Source: Geosiphon pyriformis uo1 (taxonomy: Eukaryota > Fungi > Glomeromycota). From it: 64,000 bases of DNA. The stretch is taken from NCBI GenBank assembly GCA_016748015.1, contig JAAOMT010000031.1:372001-436000 (forward strand), written 5' to 3'. The position numbers and the translations under genes are program-made. Below are positions 44,801-57,800 of the stretch, piece after piece (position 1 is the first letter of the stretch; each line of letters starts with the position of its first letter). The notes under the pieces are model-generated. The model saw only the letters and a list, made by a program, of their open reading frames with translations, ran no database searches and was not told the origin of the DNA.

Positions 44801-46477
44801 TATTCTTTTAGAGTGCAATCTGTTCCTAGGAGGCTTTTTTGATGGTCTTTTTCATTTTTGTGGTGGAATGCCCATGTCTGATGTTCTTGGTAAGTTAATA
44901 TTTTTCAAGTTTTTTCCTTCTCTCCAGAGATATGGCATTGCCTTTGTAAACCAACTTTGCAATCGTCATGATGCTGTTTATAATTGGTACACTTTCAAGC
45001 AGTAAAAAAAATTGGACTCCCATGGCCCAACTCCTAAGTGGTTTAAGATTTCTACTGCATTTCTTAATGGCATGACTGCTTCTTTTGCACAAACCACTAT
45101 TTTGAATAACATTGGTCTTTTGAGTATTTTTGAGTCTTGTGACTTTGGCTTTATTTGTAATCAGCTTTCTCAGATTGTTCTTGGCAGTTTTTCAGTATAC
45201 ATGAATGGATCTTTAAAGAACATGAGCATGGCTAACATGAAAGCTGGTGCTGCTGTTTTTTTGAAGACATTGATTTGGGTTTAGGTGTAGGCATCTTAGG
45301 TTTAATGTCATCTATCTTGGCAGAGATGCAAACTATTGCATTGGCCTTAGAATGTATTCCCCCATTCAGCTCTGTTCACCTTTTTTCAGATAGTCAATCT
45401 GCTTTGGATGCTTGTAAGTCGGAACTAGGTTTGGTGTTCCCAAACTTTCACAATTATTGTTGGATTGAATGAAGACATATTGCTAATTTTGTTCACAGTA
45501 AGAATTTAAGAGTCTCTTGGCTCAAAGTAAAAGACCACTTTGATGTGTTGGAAAATGAGCATGCTAATGCACTTGCTAATGCTGTTTCTCTTTCTAAGCA
45601 GTATTTTCCTCTTCATTTAAATGAACATTTTTTGGTAGCTAATAGTTATTTGGTTTTCAGTAACTCTAGACATTTTGTTCGCGATGTTTTTTGTTCTATT
45701 TGTTATGTCTACTGGGAAGTTAGTTCTGGTTCTACATTTTTAGATGGTAATTTGTATTCTAATATTGATTGGATCAGCTTCTTGCTGGTATGGCACCCTA
45801 ATTTGCACATGGTCACTGGTTTTACTGATAAGCTTATAGCTTTTGCATGTACTTATTTTATGAAAGTTCTGCATTGTCAGCTGCCTATTGCCATTTATAA
45901 GCAACTTTATAATTGACATTACCCTAGTGTATTGTGCTTATATTGTGGTGCCATAGAGGTATTAGATCATGTTTTTTTTTGTGACATTAATAATTCTACT
46001 TGTCTTCAGATTTTGAATACTTTTGTAGTCTCTTGAAAAAATCTTTCTGGCTTTTCTTATTTTTCATCATATGTCTTACAGCTGTTATCATCCAGTGTTT
46101 TTAATGTCTCTGTCTCTATGGCTCTTTTTAAAAGTTTTGTTTTCAATAGTTGGCTTCAGGAAGCTGTCTCTGTTTTCTGTGATCCCAGGGTTGCTAGTTT
46201 GAAAATTATTGAGTTTGTGTATTTCTTCTGTCTTGCTTTTAAAGACAAAGTCTGATTAATTTATGTTAAACACCATGCTTACATGAAAAAAAATGGTCTG
46301 ATTCTACTGAATGGGTTGGTTTTTGTTTCAGTTTCTGGTTTGGCTTTGGGGTTATCAGCCAGCATGATCAAATTGCTTAGTATTGCTGAAGCATTTGGCA
46401 TCTATTTTGGCTTTTATAGGTCTTGTTCATTTTTTTCAAGAATTGGTAATTCTGTTTTGGTTTATATAGCTGTGTAA
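41797..46477 (+). pseudogene. LINE-A ORF2: APE endonuclease, reverse transcriptase, RNase H, C-terminal zinc knuckle
   Basis: EN: WKIATCNVKG, ILGGDFN, IDY, TDHQAV. RT: LQDM.KAYD, GLDQG, FVDN. RNH: VYMNGS, AEMQTI, FSDSQ, ENEHANAL. Knuckle: CLYCG..E.LDH.FFC. Confidence 0.92.
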
Positions 46478-47559
46478 TGTTGTTCTAATTGGTCTGAGTG
46501 ACTGGTCACATGTAGAAAGTGCATGATTCACATTTAGTTTAGATTATTTCTTTAATATATAATTCTAGACAGTATTTAGACTTTACTTATAAAGTATTAA
46601 TAAAAAAATAATAAAAATAAAATATTTAATAAAGACTTAAATTTTTCTGAAAATAAAAAATTTTTGTAAAATTAATAATATTTTGAAAACTTTAAACTCT
46701 CAATATTAAATTTAAAATAAATAAAACTATAAAATAATTAATTAGTTTGGTTTTAAATAATAATAAATTTATTGAAATTATTTAAATAATGGCTTTTTTA
46801 AATTAATTTGCTTTTATAATTTTAATATAATTTAGTTTAAATTAAGTTTATGTTTTAAAAAAAAAATTATTAAAAAATTTGGTTTTTTAAAATTGTAAAA
46901 TTTTTGTTATTAAATAAATAATTAACTAATTTTAAAAAAATTATTTTTTGATTAAGTTTAAGCAAATTAATATTACTGTTTTAAATATTGTTAATTTTGT
47001 TTATAGTTTTGATATAATTTATAAAATTGATTTAATTTAAATTATAAATAAAATATAAAAAAAAGTTTAATAAATAATATTAAATTTGTGGTTTTTAATA
47101 TTAAAACTTAACTTTTATTAAAAATTTTGTTTGTTTATAATGCTAAATTTGTTAAAAAAATTACTTGAAATTTGGGTTTTTAATATTTTAAAATCTATTA
47201 GTTTTATAAGTAATATTAATGTATAATTAATTTTTATTGGTTTAAATAACTAATTATATATAATTAAGTATAAACTATATTTATTTTTTTAACTTTTATT
47301 TTTGATAAATTATAATAAATTGGAGTTAATTATTATATAATAATAATAAAATAAAATATTGAATATATAAAATTAATTATTAATTTATAATTAATTTAAT
47401 TAAATATAAATATTAATTAATAATTTCTTTCTCTTTTTCATCTCAAATTTCTAAAAGAGTCTCAAGTTTTTTTGAAAAAAGTTTTTTACAATTCAATATA
47501 ATAAATCTAAACCCTTTATTCTTGATTATAAAGCCACTGTTGGCTGTAGTATTGCTGTC

Positions 47560-49343
47560 ATAAAAAAGGCTGTTAAAGTTTCTGGTTTTAGTGATAGCTT
47601 CAAACCTGTTCTTTTAAGGAAAAAAAAAAGAAGTGGTGCTTTAAAAAATAGTTCTGGTGGTAAGAATGTTGGTTCTAAAGTTCAGAATAATTGTTTATGA
47701 GGTTCAGAGACTGGTAACACTATTGAGTCTGATAGTATTGATATGAAGGAGGAATACCTGGTAGAAGAGACCAGTTTTGATTATAGAGAAAGTGGTGCTC
47801 TTGCTAAAGGTAACTCTAATCAAACACTTACTAGTTTGAAAGTTAAAACCAAGAAGGTGTTAGGCAAGCCATTGGGTAAAATTAATTTCTCATTAAGTAA
47901 CAATGAAAATGATGTTTTTTTGGATATTCTATTGAAATTCTCTTCACCTTTAAAAAATCTGGTCAACATTTTTGTTGGCAAATCTTTCACTTTGAATATT
48001 GGGTTGGACAAAGTGGTTGGAAAATCTTCTCAAGAAAAGCTTCAAGTAATCAAAAAGTTGTTTTCAAAAATCAATGATTTTGGAAGAGCCTCTACTCTCT
48101 CAAAATTTGCTGGAATTATCAGAGCAACATTTACTTTCAAATTAAGTTTGGCACAGGCTTCTAAAAAGGCTAAAAAAGTGAAACACTAATCTCAAAAAAT
48201 TAACTAGGCATTTAGATTGAACTGTGGTGTTGAAAGAAATTTCAGTTGGTATACTGGCTGAGGTTGTGCATGTTATACTATCTGAATTTGGTATAATTAA
48301 GTCGATCAAAATGCAGTTGATAGGGCTGTGACAAAAAAGCTTTAATTGAGTTTGAACATTTGGATCATGCTAATTTGGTTGCAGCAAGATGGTCTATTCT
48401 TATTAGAAAAGATGCAGTGTATGTTGCTAGATCTGATATGGACAAAAAATCTTGAGATGTGAGGAATGTACACAGAACTTTTTTGTATATTCTGCCAATA
48501 GGTACTAATACACATAATATTTGGAACTATATCACCTTAGTGGGTGGAAAAATGTGTGTTATTAACCATTATCCAGTTTCTTATGCTTGGGTCAAGTGTG
48601 CTTCTGTTTGTTTTAAAATGGCTAAGTTATTGAATGCTGTCATAGAAACCACACCAGTTTTGAAGGGTGCTAATTTGCACTGGTCTTGTTTTGTTTCAGC
48701 TAAGTGTTCAAAGTATGGAAACTCTGGTCATACATCTTTAAGCTGTGTAATTAGTAGAATAGGTGTTTTTTCTGAAGTCTCAGCTTGTAAAATTTTTTCA
48801 AATGCAGATAAAAGCAGGCTGTCTGCCATCTATGCCAAATGTTCAGTACTGGTTGCTTGTTCAGTCTCTTTTGAAGATGTTTCTTGGGTAAAGGTGGTTG
48901 GTAGGTTTTCTTTTTTTTCTCTTCTTAATTGTAATAGTTTGGCTTATTTTGGTTCTTCTTCAAAAGTGAAATCTCTTTTGACTTTGTTTTTAGATTTGAA
49001 TGATAGGTTTGCTACTCTTGAGCATAGTCTTACCAGCCTTGTGGAACATGTTGATAAGTTAACTAAGAAGTTAGATACACCTGGGCCAATGGTTTTCCAG
49101 TCTAGCCCTGAATGTCAGCCATTGGTGACCTCTTCATCACAGAATCAAGAGGTGGATACAGTGATGAGTAAGAGTTTGAGTGTGGTCACTAGTGATGAAA
49201 CTATTACAGAAGTGATGGTGTTTGATTCTTCAGTTATTTCAAAGATAGAAGAAACTCTGAACAATCTGTCAATCATAGTCATGAGTCTTTTGGCTAAAAT
49301 AGACAATGCAGGTTTGGTTTCTATTGTTTTTTTTTCTTAATGA
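47560..49343 (+). pseudogene. LINE-B ORF1
   Basis: ORFs 47743 and 48459 are homologous to LINE-A ORF1; the equivalent ATG is mutated to ATA at 47560. Confidence 0.85.
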
Positions 49344-52300
49344 TAGATCTGATCTAAAAAGTTGTAACATGTAATATTAGAGGCATGAACAATCTTGCAA
49401 AACAAGATGATATTGTGCATTGGCATAAAAATATGAACAATCTAATTTCAATTTTTATGAAAACTAAGCTGAAAGAGAAAATACATTCATGAATTGTTAA
49501 AAAATTTGAAAGCATCTGTGTGTTTACTTCTGAGTTGGACTCTGGTTACTTGGAGTTGAATGTTGCTGTGATTATGAATAATTCTTTGGCAAGACACATA
49601 TATAAGATTTCTGAGGTACCCAGTTGGCTTATTTCTATTAAGTTGCTTTTTAAAAATAAGCTTTCTGTCTCAATTTTGGGGCTTTATGCTAGAGCTTCTT
49701 TTATGGTCCATCTTTTTCAGACTGATGAAATCAATTCACTTATGGTTAGAGCTGTAAATGAATCTTTTTTTATTGTTCTTGGTGGCAATTTCAACAAAGA
49801 TGATTTTCATAGATGTGTCAGCTTCAAAAAATGCCTTGATCTGAGATTAGTCAATTTTTTGGTTGGAAGTTCAGCAGTATGGACACCTACTTGAACTAAT
49901 TCTTGAAGGGTTGCAAAAGTGATTGATTATGTGTTTGTTTCTGCAAATTTGGTTAGTGTGTTAATGCATTGTGACATTCTGGAAGTTGGTAAACATTTTG
50001 ACACTAACCACCAGGCTGTTTTTGTGTCTGTAGATCTGGGTGAATTATTAAATGCATAATTAAACTCTCTTTGCAAACAGACAAATATGGATCATTAGAA
50101 GTATGATATCAAAAGTGCTGATAAGGTTAAATGGTATGAATTCAAAATGTTAACAGCTGCTAATGCTGCTATGTTTTTTGATGAGTTTGTTTCCTCTGTG
50201 GTGTTTTCTAATCTAGATTCTATGTGAAATATTGTTTGTAAGATAATGGTTTTTTTGGTTAATGAAACATTTAGGAAGAAATGGTTTAAGAGCTTTGGTA
50301 CCATCTTTACCAAGAACTTTTCTAGGTTTCACAAATTAGAAATTTTGATTTTGAGAATAGTTAAGGCATCTTGTGAACAGAACTCTGTTAGATTCACATC
50401 TTTGATAAGCCATTGGGCTTCTTTGGACCCTGATAAAGTCTTGGCAGTACAGATTCTTTTGAACTCCAATACAAATTTTAATCATGTTAGGTCTGCTCTT
50501 TTTGGTGTATAAAAGTCTTATCATGCTTCCAAATTTGTTAATTTTTTGAAGGCTTAAGAGTCAAGTATTAGGTCTATTATTAATAAGCGTATGAAAAGTT
50601 TTGCTTTTGATAAGGATTATACTATTAGAAGTGTTTTAGAATGTTCTTTCTGTAAGATGGAATTGGACTATCTGGTTGTTGATAATGAATTGATTTTGGA
50701 GCCTAATTTAGTCAAAACTAAGGTGGATGTAATTATAGAAAAGTGAACTAGGAGACACAAAGTGGTCACTAATATCTCTAGTGAATGGTCTTGTCAATAT
50801 CAGCCTTTGGAGTATATCTTTGATGGTGCATTCTCGGATGTGATGTGCCCAATTGGTTTTGATAAGTTGTTTGGTGTGGTTTCTGATCTGTCTAATGGCA
50901 AAACTGCTGGTTTTTCTGGTATCCCCAATTAACTTTGAAAACACTGTGACAAATCAATTATGTGTATGTTTTTAGAACTTTTGAACACTTGTTTGATTAG
51001 TGAATCAGTGCCCAGTTTTTGGATGAAAGCTTGGGTCTCAATGATCTCTAAATCATATGAATGAGAGAGTGTTTTCACAAACACCCATCCTATTACTCTA
51101 ATTAAAACTGCTCATAAAATTTTCTCCAAGATCCTATCTAATAGAATTTCTCTGGCATGTAGCAGCTTTGATGTTCTTCACAGTAACAACTTTTCTGTTC
51201 TAAAAAACACTTCTATATAATCACCCATTTTCACAGTTGGCTTGGTAATAGAGGATGCTCTGGAAAAGAACCACAAACTCTGGCTTGTTTTGCAGGATGT
51301 GTAAAAGACATATGATTCTGTTGACTGGGAGCATCTTAGAAAGAGTTTAATTAGAATTAAAATGTATAGCAAGTTCATATGTTTTTTTGGTAGTATTTAT
51401 TGCAATTGTGTCAACAAGGTTATGACTAATTTTGGCTTAACTGTTGGGTATTATATTCATGATAACTTGGATCAGGGGAAGGTCTTTTCATTACTCCTCT
51501 GGTACATATTTTATGATCCTCTTCTTTGCAAGGTTAAGAGACAAGAGAGTGTATATAGATACAAGTTGAATTCTTATTTTATCTCAAAAAATAGTCATCT
51601 GGAACCTAATGCTGGATTGTTTTTCTTCTTTGCTGTTGGGGCTTTTGTCAATGATATAATTTGGATTGGCAGCAGTCAGAGTGCTACTTAGCATATTCTC
51701 AATATTGTCAGTGAATTTTTCTGGGTCAATAATATTTTTATTAATACAGACAAGACTGTTGCCATCTCTATTAATTGTAGAGTTAGTAATCCTTCTTTAT
51801 TTATCAGTGGTTTGCCTATTGCTATTGCTAAAAAAAGGAGTCACATCATTACCTAGGCATTTTTCTTTCAACTGAGGGTCTTTCAAAGCCTAGCTTGGCC
51901 AAAGCACAGTCGGATGTTTGGTTTTTCTCCAATCTTGTGCTAAGAAAAGTCATCTCAAATAAGCAATTTTTGTACTTGGTTTCAGCTGTTTTCTATCCTA
52001 TTGTGAGCTATAGAACTCAGTTCAGCTTTATTCCTTTTAATGTGTGCAACAAATGGGATATTCTGATTCATAAAGATCTTAAGCTGAAATCTGGTCTTCC
52101 TCTTAATTTTCCGAATAATACAATTCATTACTCTTTCTTTTATGGTTTGAAGTCTTTTAAACAGGTGCAATCCGAAAGCAAAATAGCATCACTTGTGAAT
52201 TTTGTGAACTCTAATGAGATTTTGGGTCATATGTTCTCCTATAGGTCTCACAACTTGCAAGTTTTGTGTTGGTATTTCATTCATCCCCTGAGTTCCCTGG

Positions 52301-54029
52301 TTTGTATTCGCATTAGTTCTCTGAATAATTTTTTAGCTGGTATAGTCCGTATTTTTGCAAAATATAATCTGTCTCTGAGCAGATCTTTGAGTGATCCTTT
52401 TCATTGTCAGGGTGGGGTTCTTATGTTAGTAGTACTTGAAGAAGCTAAGTTCTGTATGTGTCTCCTTTCTCTATGTTAGTATAGTATAGCCTTTGTGGAT
52501 TAGCTTTATGATTGTCATGGTACCATTTTTGATTGAAAAACTTTTAAGCACTGAGAGAAATTGGATCCTCGTGATCCAGTTCTTGATTAATTTAGTCTTT
52601 TTGTCATCTTCTTCAATAATATAACTTTTTTTCCTGTTTGTTTGTCTGTTATTAAGAGTGCTGGTGGCTCTTTGAACATTCTTGAATCTCAGAAATTTAA
52701 GTTGGTATGTGATCAGTTATCTTATGTTAGTGCTGATTGTTTGTCTGTCTATATAGATGGTTCTCTAAGAGATTTGGGCACCATACAAAGAAAGACTGGT
52801 GCTGCTGTCTTTTTTGAAAACATTGGCCTAGGTTTGAGTGTAAAGGTTTCTGGTTTGTTGTTCTCTACTTTGGCGAAGCTACAGGTCATAGCTTTGGTAT
52901 TAGAATGTGTTCTTCTTTTTAGCTTGGTATGCTTATACTCTGATAGTCAGATTGCTCTGAATGCATGCAAGTTGGAAGTGCATCTAATTTGTCTGAATTT
53001 TCACATCCAGTATTGGGTGAAGTATCAGCATATTGTGAACATTATTTGTTGCAAAAATTTGAGAGTGGAATGACTTAAGGTAAAAGATCACTTAGGCATT
53101 GTGAGAAATGATTGTGCAGATGCTCTTGCTGTTGTTGCCTCCAACTCTGATTGGTTTCTTCCCTTCTGTTTGAAAAGACATTGTCTTTTGGCTGATGGTG
53201 ATCTTGTTTCTGGTAATTCTAGACATTTTGTTTGAGATGTATTTAGATCTGTTTATTATACACATTGAGAAATTGGTTTTGGCTCCAAGATTCTAGCAGA
53301 TGATTTAATATCGAACATTAATTGGTTAAGTTTTTTTTTAGTATGGCATTCTGATTTGCATATGGCTGCAGGTTTCATGAGCAAATCCTCTGCTGGCTTG
53401 TGTACATATTTTATGAAGGCCTTACATCATTAGCTATTTGTTGCTGTTCGGAAGCAACTTTACTCTAAGCATTACTCTAGTGTATTGTGTTTGTTTTGTG
53501 GTGATATTGAGATTTTTGATCATGTTTTCTCTTGCAAAATTGACCTTCTACCTGTTGTCAGTTGTTGAATACCCATGCAGCTTCCTGGGAGCTGATTTTT
53601 GGTCTTTCTCATTTCTCTTTCTGTGTGTCTCAGCTTTTGTCATCTTGTGCTTTTAATGTCTCTGTATTCACATCTATTTTCAAAGGTTTTGTTTTTAAAG
53701 ATTGGTTCTAAGAAACTGTATCTGTTTTTCATGATTTCAAACTTGCAAGTTGGAGGATTGTGAATTTTGTGCATGTTATCAGTCTCAGTTTTAAGGATTG
53801 TATTTGGTTAGTTCATGCTAAATATTAAGCTTTTATGGAAAAAAATAGGTTAATTCTGCCTGATGGTTTAATTTCTGTTTCAATTTCTGAAATGTTATCA
53901 GGATTGTCTGCTGGTGTTGTTAGGTTACTTGGTATTGCTGACACTTTTGGTGTTCACTTTGGTTTTCATAGATCATGTTCATTTTTTTCTGGTGTTGGTA
54001 ATGATGTTTTAGTTTACATAGTTGCTTAG
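49340..54029 (+). pseudogene. LINE-B ORF2 (EN-RT-RNase H-zinc knuckle)
   Basis: ORF fragments 49520 (EN), 51362 (RT, LDQG, FVND), 52642 (RNH, VYIDGS, YSDSQ), 53835 (C-terminus). Confidence 0.92.
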
Positions 54030-54063
54030 TATTGTCTTGATCAGTCTGAATAGCTGGTCATAT

Positions 54064-54819
54064 TGTTACTCATAGAAAAAAAACAGATATAAGGAAATAG
54101 TAGACCAATAAGTGAATAGTATGTAGTACGTAAGCACATTGCTCAACAATATGGAGCAATATCAGAAAACATGACATATTGCTTAAAAAATTATAGCACA
54201 TCACTCGAGAATGTGAGCAATCTTGTAGAACATCAATTATGTATATATAATGGTAGCATTAAAAGTAGAAAGAGCAGAATCCATCAATTCAAAACCTTCC
54301 ACATCACAAATATTAATAAATAATTATTCACTATCCCAACCCACTCTCCACTATCACCACTTCATGTTGATAGTAATTAATACTTAACCATGCTGGAACA
54401 ATAGCTCTTGATCATATCTATTGACAGAATATTAACTTGCAATTGCTTTTGATTATGTCTTTATTTTCTTTTATTTTTTTTTATTTTTTTTTGTTATTTT
54501 TTTGGTTTTATTAAATTGATTAAGGATTAAGTGCTAAGATACAGATGTCATAGGGACTGGTAAAAGACCTGTGAAACAAGAGTAGAACACTTACAGATTT
54601 GAGAATAGCTTACCAAGAAGATTACTGGTCACCATGCTGAGAAAAAAATTCGACAGAATTGCGATTCTAAGAGGCTACTAAAAACAACTATTAAATCTCT
54701 GTTCATTATATAAAGAACTCCACAACTAAAACCTTCAAATATCAACACCTGAGTACTAACTAAGCACTAAGTTACAGATTTGTTATTTGACTTAAAACCA
54801 CAAATAATCATTTGTAACA
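54064..54819 (+). repeat. Gypsy-2 5' LTR
   Basis: TGTTAC...GTAACA; direct repeat at 63211. Confidence 0.93.
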
Positions 54820-54821
54820 TT

Positions 54822-54838
54822 TGGTGCTTCTTATAAGG
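54822..54838 (+). other. Primer binding site of Gypsy-2 (tggtgcttcttataagg)
   Basis: Differs from the Gypsy-1 PBS only by C>T/G>A changes, so probably the same tRNA primer. Confidence 0.7.
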
Positions 54839-54879
54839 TATAATCCTATAAAGAACCAGCACTAACAAATAAATCAACA

Positions 54880-57800
54880 GTGGCAGAATCAGAAAGTATA
54901 GGAGCAAACCATTTAAGATTCACAAAATCCTTATTTCAATACTACTGTCAACACTTGGGATTGAACCACAATCAGATATCAGCAGAATCACTCTTCAATT
55001 TCTATGTTAACAAAAAAATTGCCTATTTGTTAGGAACACCAGTAAACACTGAATCGGCAAGAGAAACTTTTTACCATGAATTAATCTAAAACACCAGCTT
55101 ATCAACAAATTATAATTTTGCATCCATCATCATTGAGATTAATAAAAAAATTGAACATCACACACAACAAAGATACCCAATTACTTATGCCAGTAAAGGC
55201 AAAAGAAAATTACAAACACCAGCAGTAACACCTTAACGGATTCAACCACCCACTTGAAAAAAACACAGAATTAAATCACCAACAAATCCATCATATCACT
55301 ATATACCTGGAAGCACCATCAACATTACAGCAACAGATATGTCCACATTATATGCAATATCAACTTTTGGACGATTCCTATTTTAAAGTAAACAAAGAAA
55401 AGAAGATCTTCTAGAACCATATAGTGCATATTTCGAAGGATTTAAGTCACAATCTCCAACACCATCAGAACTTTAATCTTCACTACCACAACCAGATTTC
55501 GGAACCACAAGTCCCTGAAAAGTAACGGATTTGGAAGAAAAACAAAAAAAAGTGGAAGAAGAACAAAAAAAAGAGGAAGAAGAATCTGAAAATCAAGAAT
55601 TTACTTACCAGAACCTGATCCCAAAAAACCCAAACATTGAAACCCCGAATTTTCAGACTCAGCAAAATCCAAATTTGGAAAATCCAGAAATTAAGACTTT
55701 GAATTTCCAAATGCAGCACAATCAAAATGATCACAACCCTAACATTAATAATTAACAACATTTATCTCCAGTAATCGTAATTAATTCAGCTCCACCAATC
55801 GACAAACAGCAACAACAGCTACTTCAACCACCTCAACAACCACAGCAGCCACTTCAATAGCCGTAACAACAACTGCAACAACCAAACGTCAATCCAATGG
55901 CCTATGTTCCAATAGCAAAACTTGAGAAATTCACCAGCAAAAAAGACAATGCCCAAGTGTGGCTAAACGATATGGAGAAAACCATCATAGCCAATGGCTG
56001 AAATAACACCAGAGCCATGCAGGCCATTCTTTACTTTCTCCAAGATACCACCAATTTATGATATCAAAGCTTGGCTAACAAACCCCAAGATTTTGCTGCA
56101 TTTAAGCTTGCATTCTTACAATACTTCAGCAACAATAATAGTATTAATTGGCTAGCAAACACTTTTACCACTATCAAACAAAGGGAAAATGAAGCAGTCA
56201 CTACTTATCTAAGATGTTTTCATAGGAATCTGCACCAGATTTAAGCAATTCAGGCTGACTATTTTACAGTGCCCCAAATTCTAAACCAATTTATTAAAGG
56301 TCTGTGCAGTAGCATCCTCCAATGCATATGTCTAATGCATCTAGCAAATCTTCAAGCCACAGTTACCAATGTCCAAGATTTTGAAGCAGCTGAACTCAAA
56401 GTTAATCATGCCCAAGCTGTTAATCTAGTGATGAATGAGTCATCTAAATTGGATTCCAAATTGAAACAATTTAGTGATTTCATCAATCAGAAATTAGAGG
56501 GATACTTAGCTGACAATTGCACAATTTATTAGCCATCCCAACAATGCAATAATTTAGGAATTACAAATTACCCACAAAATCAGTCATGTTTCTCATCATC
56601 ATCCAATCAGCCATGGCAGCAAGAAACGTGTATTTGCCACTACTGTGGTAAACAAAAACATTTGAGAATTGATTGTTAGTTAAGAATAGAAAACCAATAA
56701 TCAGGAAATCAATATTAAAACCCTGATCACAGGTTTCCAACTCTGAGTTATCAATTAAGCTCAGCAACATATCAACTGACTTATCTGCCAATGACACAAC
56801 AGCCAATATATCAACCACCCATATATCAATCTCCAGTTAATCCATCACAGCCACTAATAATATATCAACCACTGCAGCCACAAATAATTTATCAAACACC
56901 TGCAATTCAAACACTGCCATCAAATCCAGCTCAAATGACATCAGGGAATCCTAAATTGAAAGTTACTCAAAACTGGAGATTGGTGATAGTTGTTCACCAA
57001 CCAATCTCCAGTTTATCCAACCAGCCATTCAGATCACAACAATTGAGTTCAGAAACTGGGTACACTCAAAACCCGAGTTCCCAAAACTATTTAAGTCTTC
57101 TGGTTATCCCAGAAGGCACCTTACCCAACAACTGGAAACCCAAACAGAAGCAACCACTTACCAATATTCCACCAGCCACTGTTATGGAAGACAAGTCTCT
57201 AGCAGCTATATTTCCTTTCAAAATCAAGGAACTGACAGAAACCCTGTTGTTCAGTAGAGCTGCACTCGAGAAAAAACTTATCACAGCAATGTACACAGAT
57301 GCCAAAATTGATGGTCAGTCCATCAAACTGATTTTAAATAGTGGATTAGCTGGTAGCATCATCACAAGACAGCTCATGGACCAATTAGGTCACCGAGTTG
57401 ATTGAGCTGCCAGTGCAAGGATAATTACTGCTAATGGAGCCACCAAGACACTAATTAGTGAAATAGATGCCCTACTTATTGAAGTCAATGGCATTATTGT
57501 ACCAATTAAGGTATTAGTTATGGAAGCCACTTAGTACCAAACACTCATTAACAATGATTGGCTGTCCAAAACCCATGTAATGCTCAATTGAAATACTCAA
57601 GAGCTTCAGTTTAGTCAAAACAGTCGATACACATGTGTACTAGCCACATGTGGCCACTTTAAACCCATCGAGTTTGAAGAAGAAAAAGAGAAACCTACTT
57701 GGGAAGCATACCAAGTCTTTTGAACTAATGAAGACCACAATAAGTTGCCGCCAATACTCTTCTGGGACAACAACAATAAAAGAAAGCAGAAAAAAGAACT

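Larger units (their letters stand above)
39850..46605 (+). mobile_element. LINE-A: full-length non-LTR retrotransposon (degenerate)
   Basis: Pyrimidine-rich 5' end shared with LINE-B, ORF1, ORF2, 3' UTR and A-rich tail. Possible A-rich TSD (aaataataaaaataaaa), weak because of low complexity. Confidence 0.93.
47424..54063 (+). mobile_element. LINE-B: full-length non-LTR retrotransposon, 3' UTR interrupted by Gypsy-2
   Basis: Collinear paralogue of LINE-A. The 3' UTR stops at ...ctggtcatat where the LTR begins. Confidence 0.93.
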
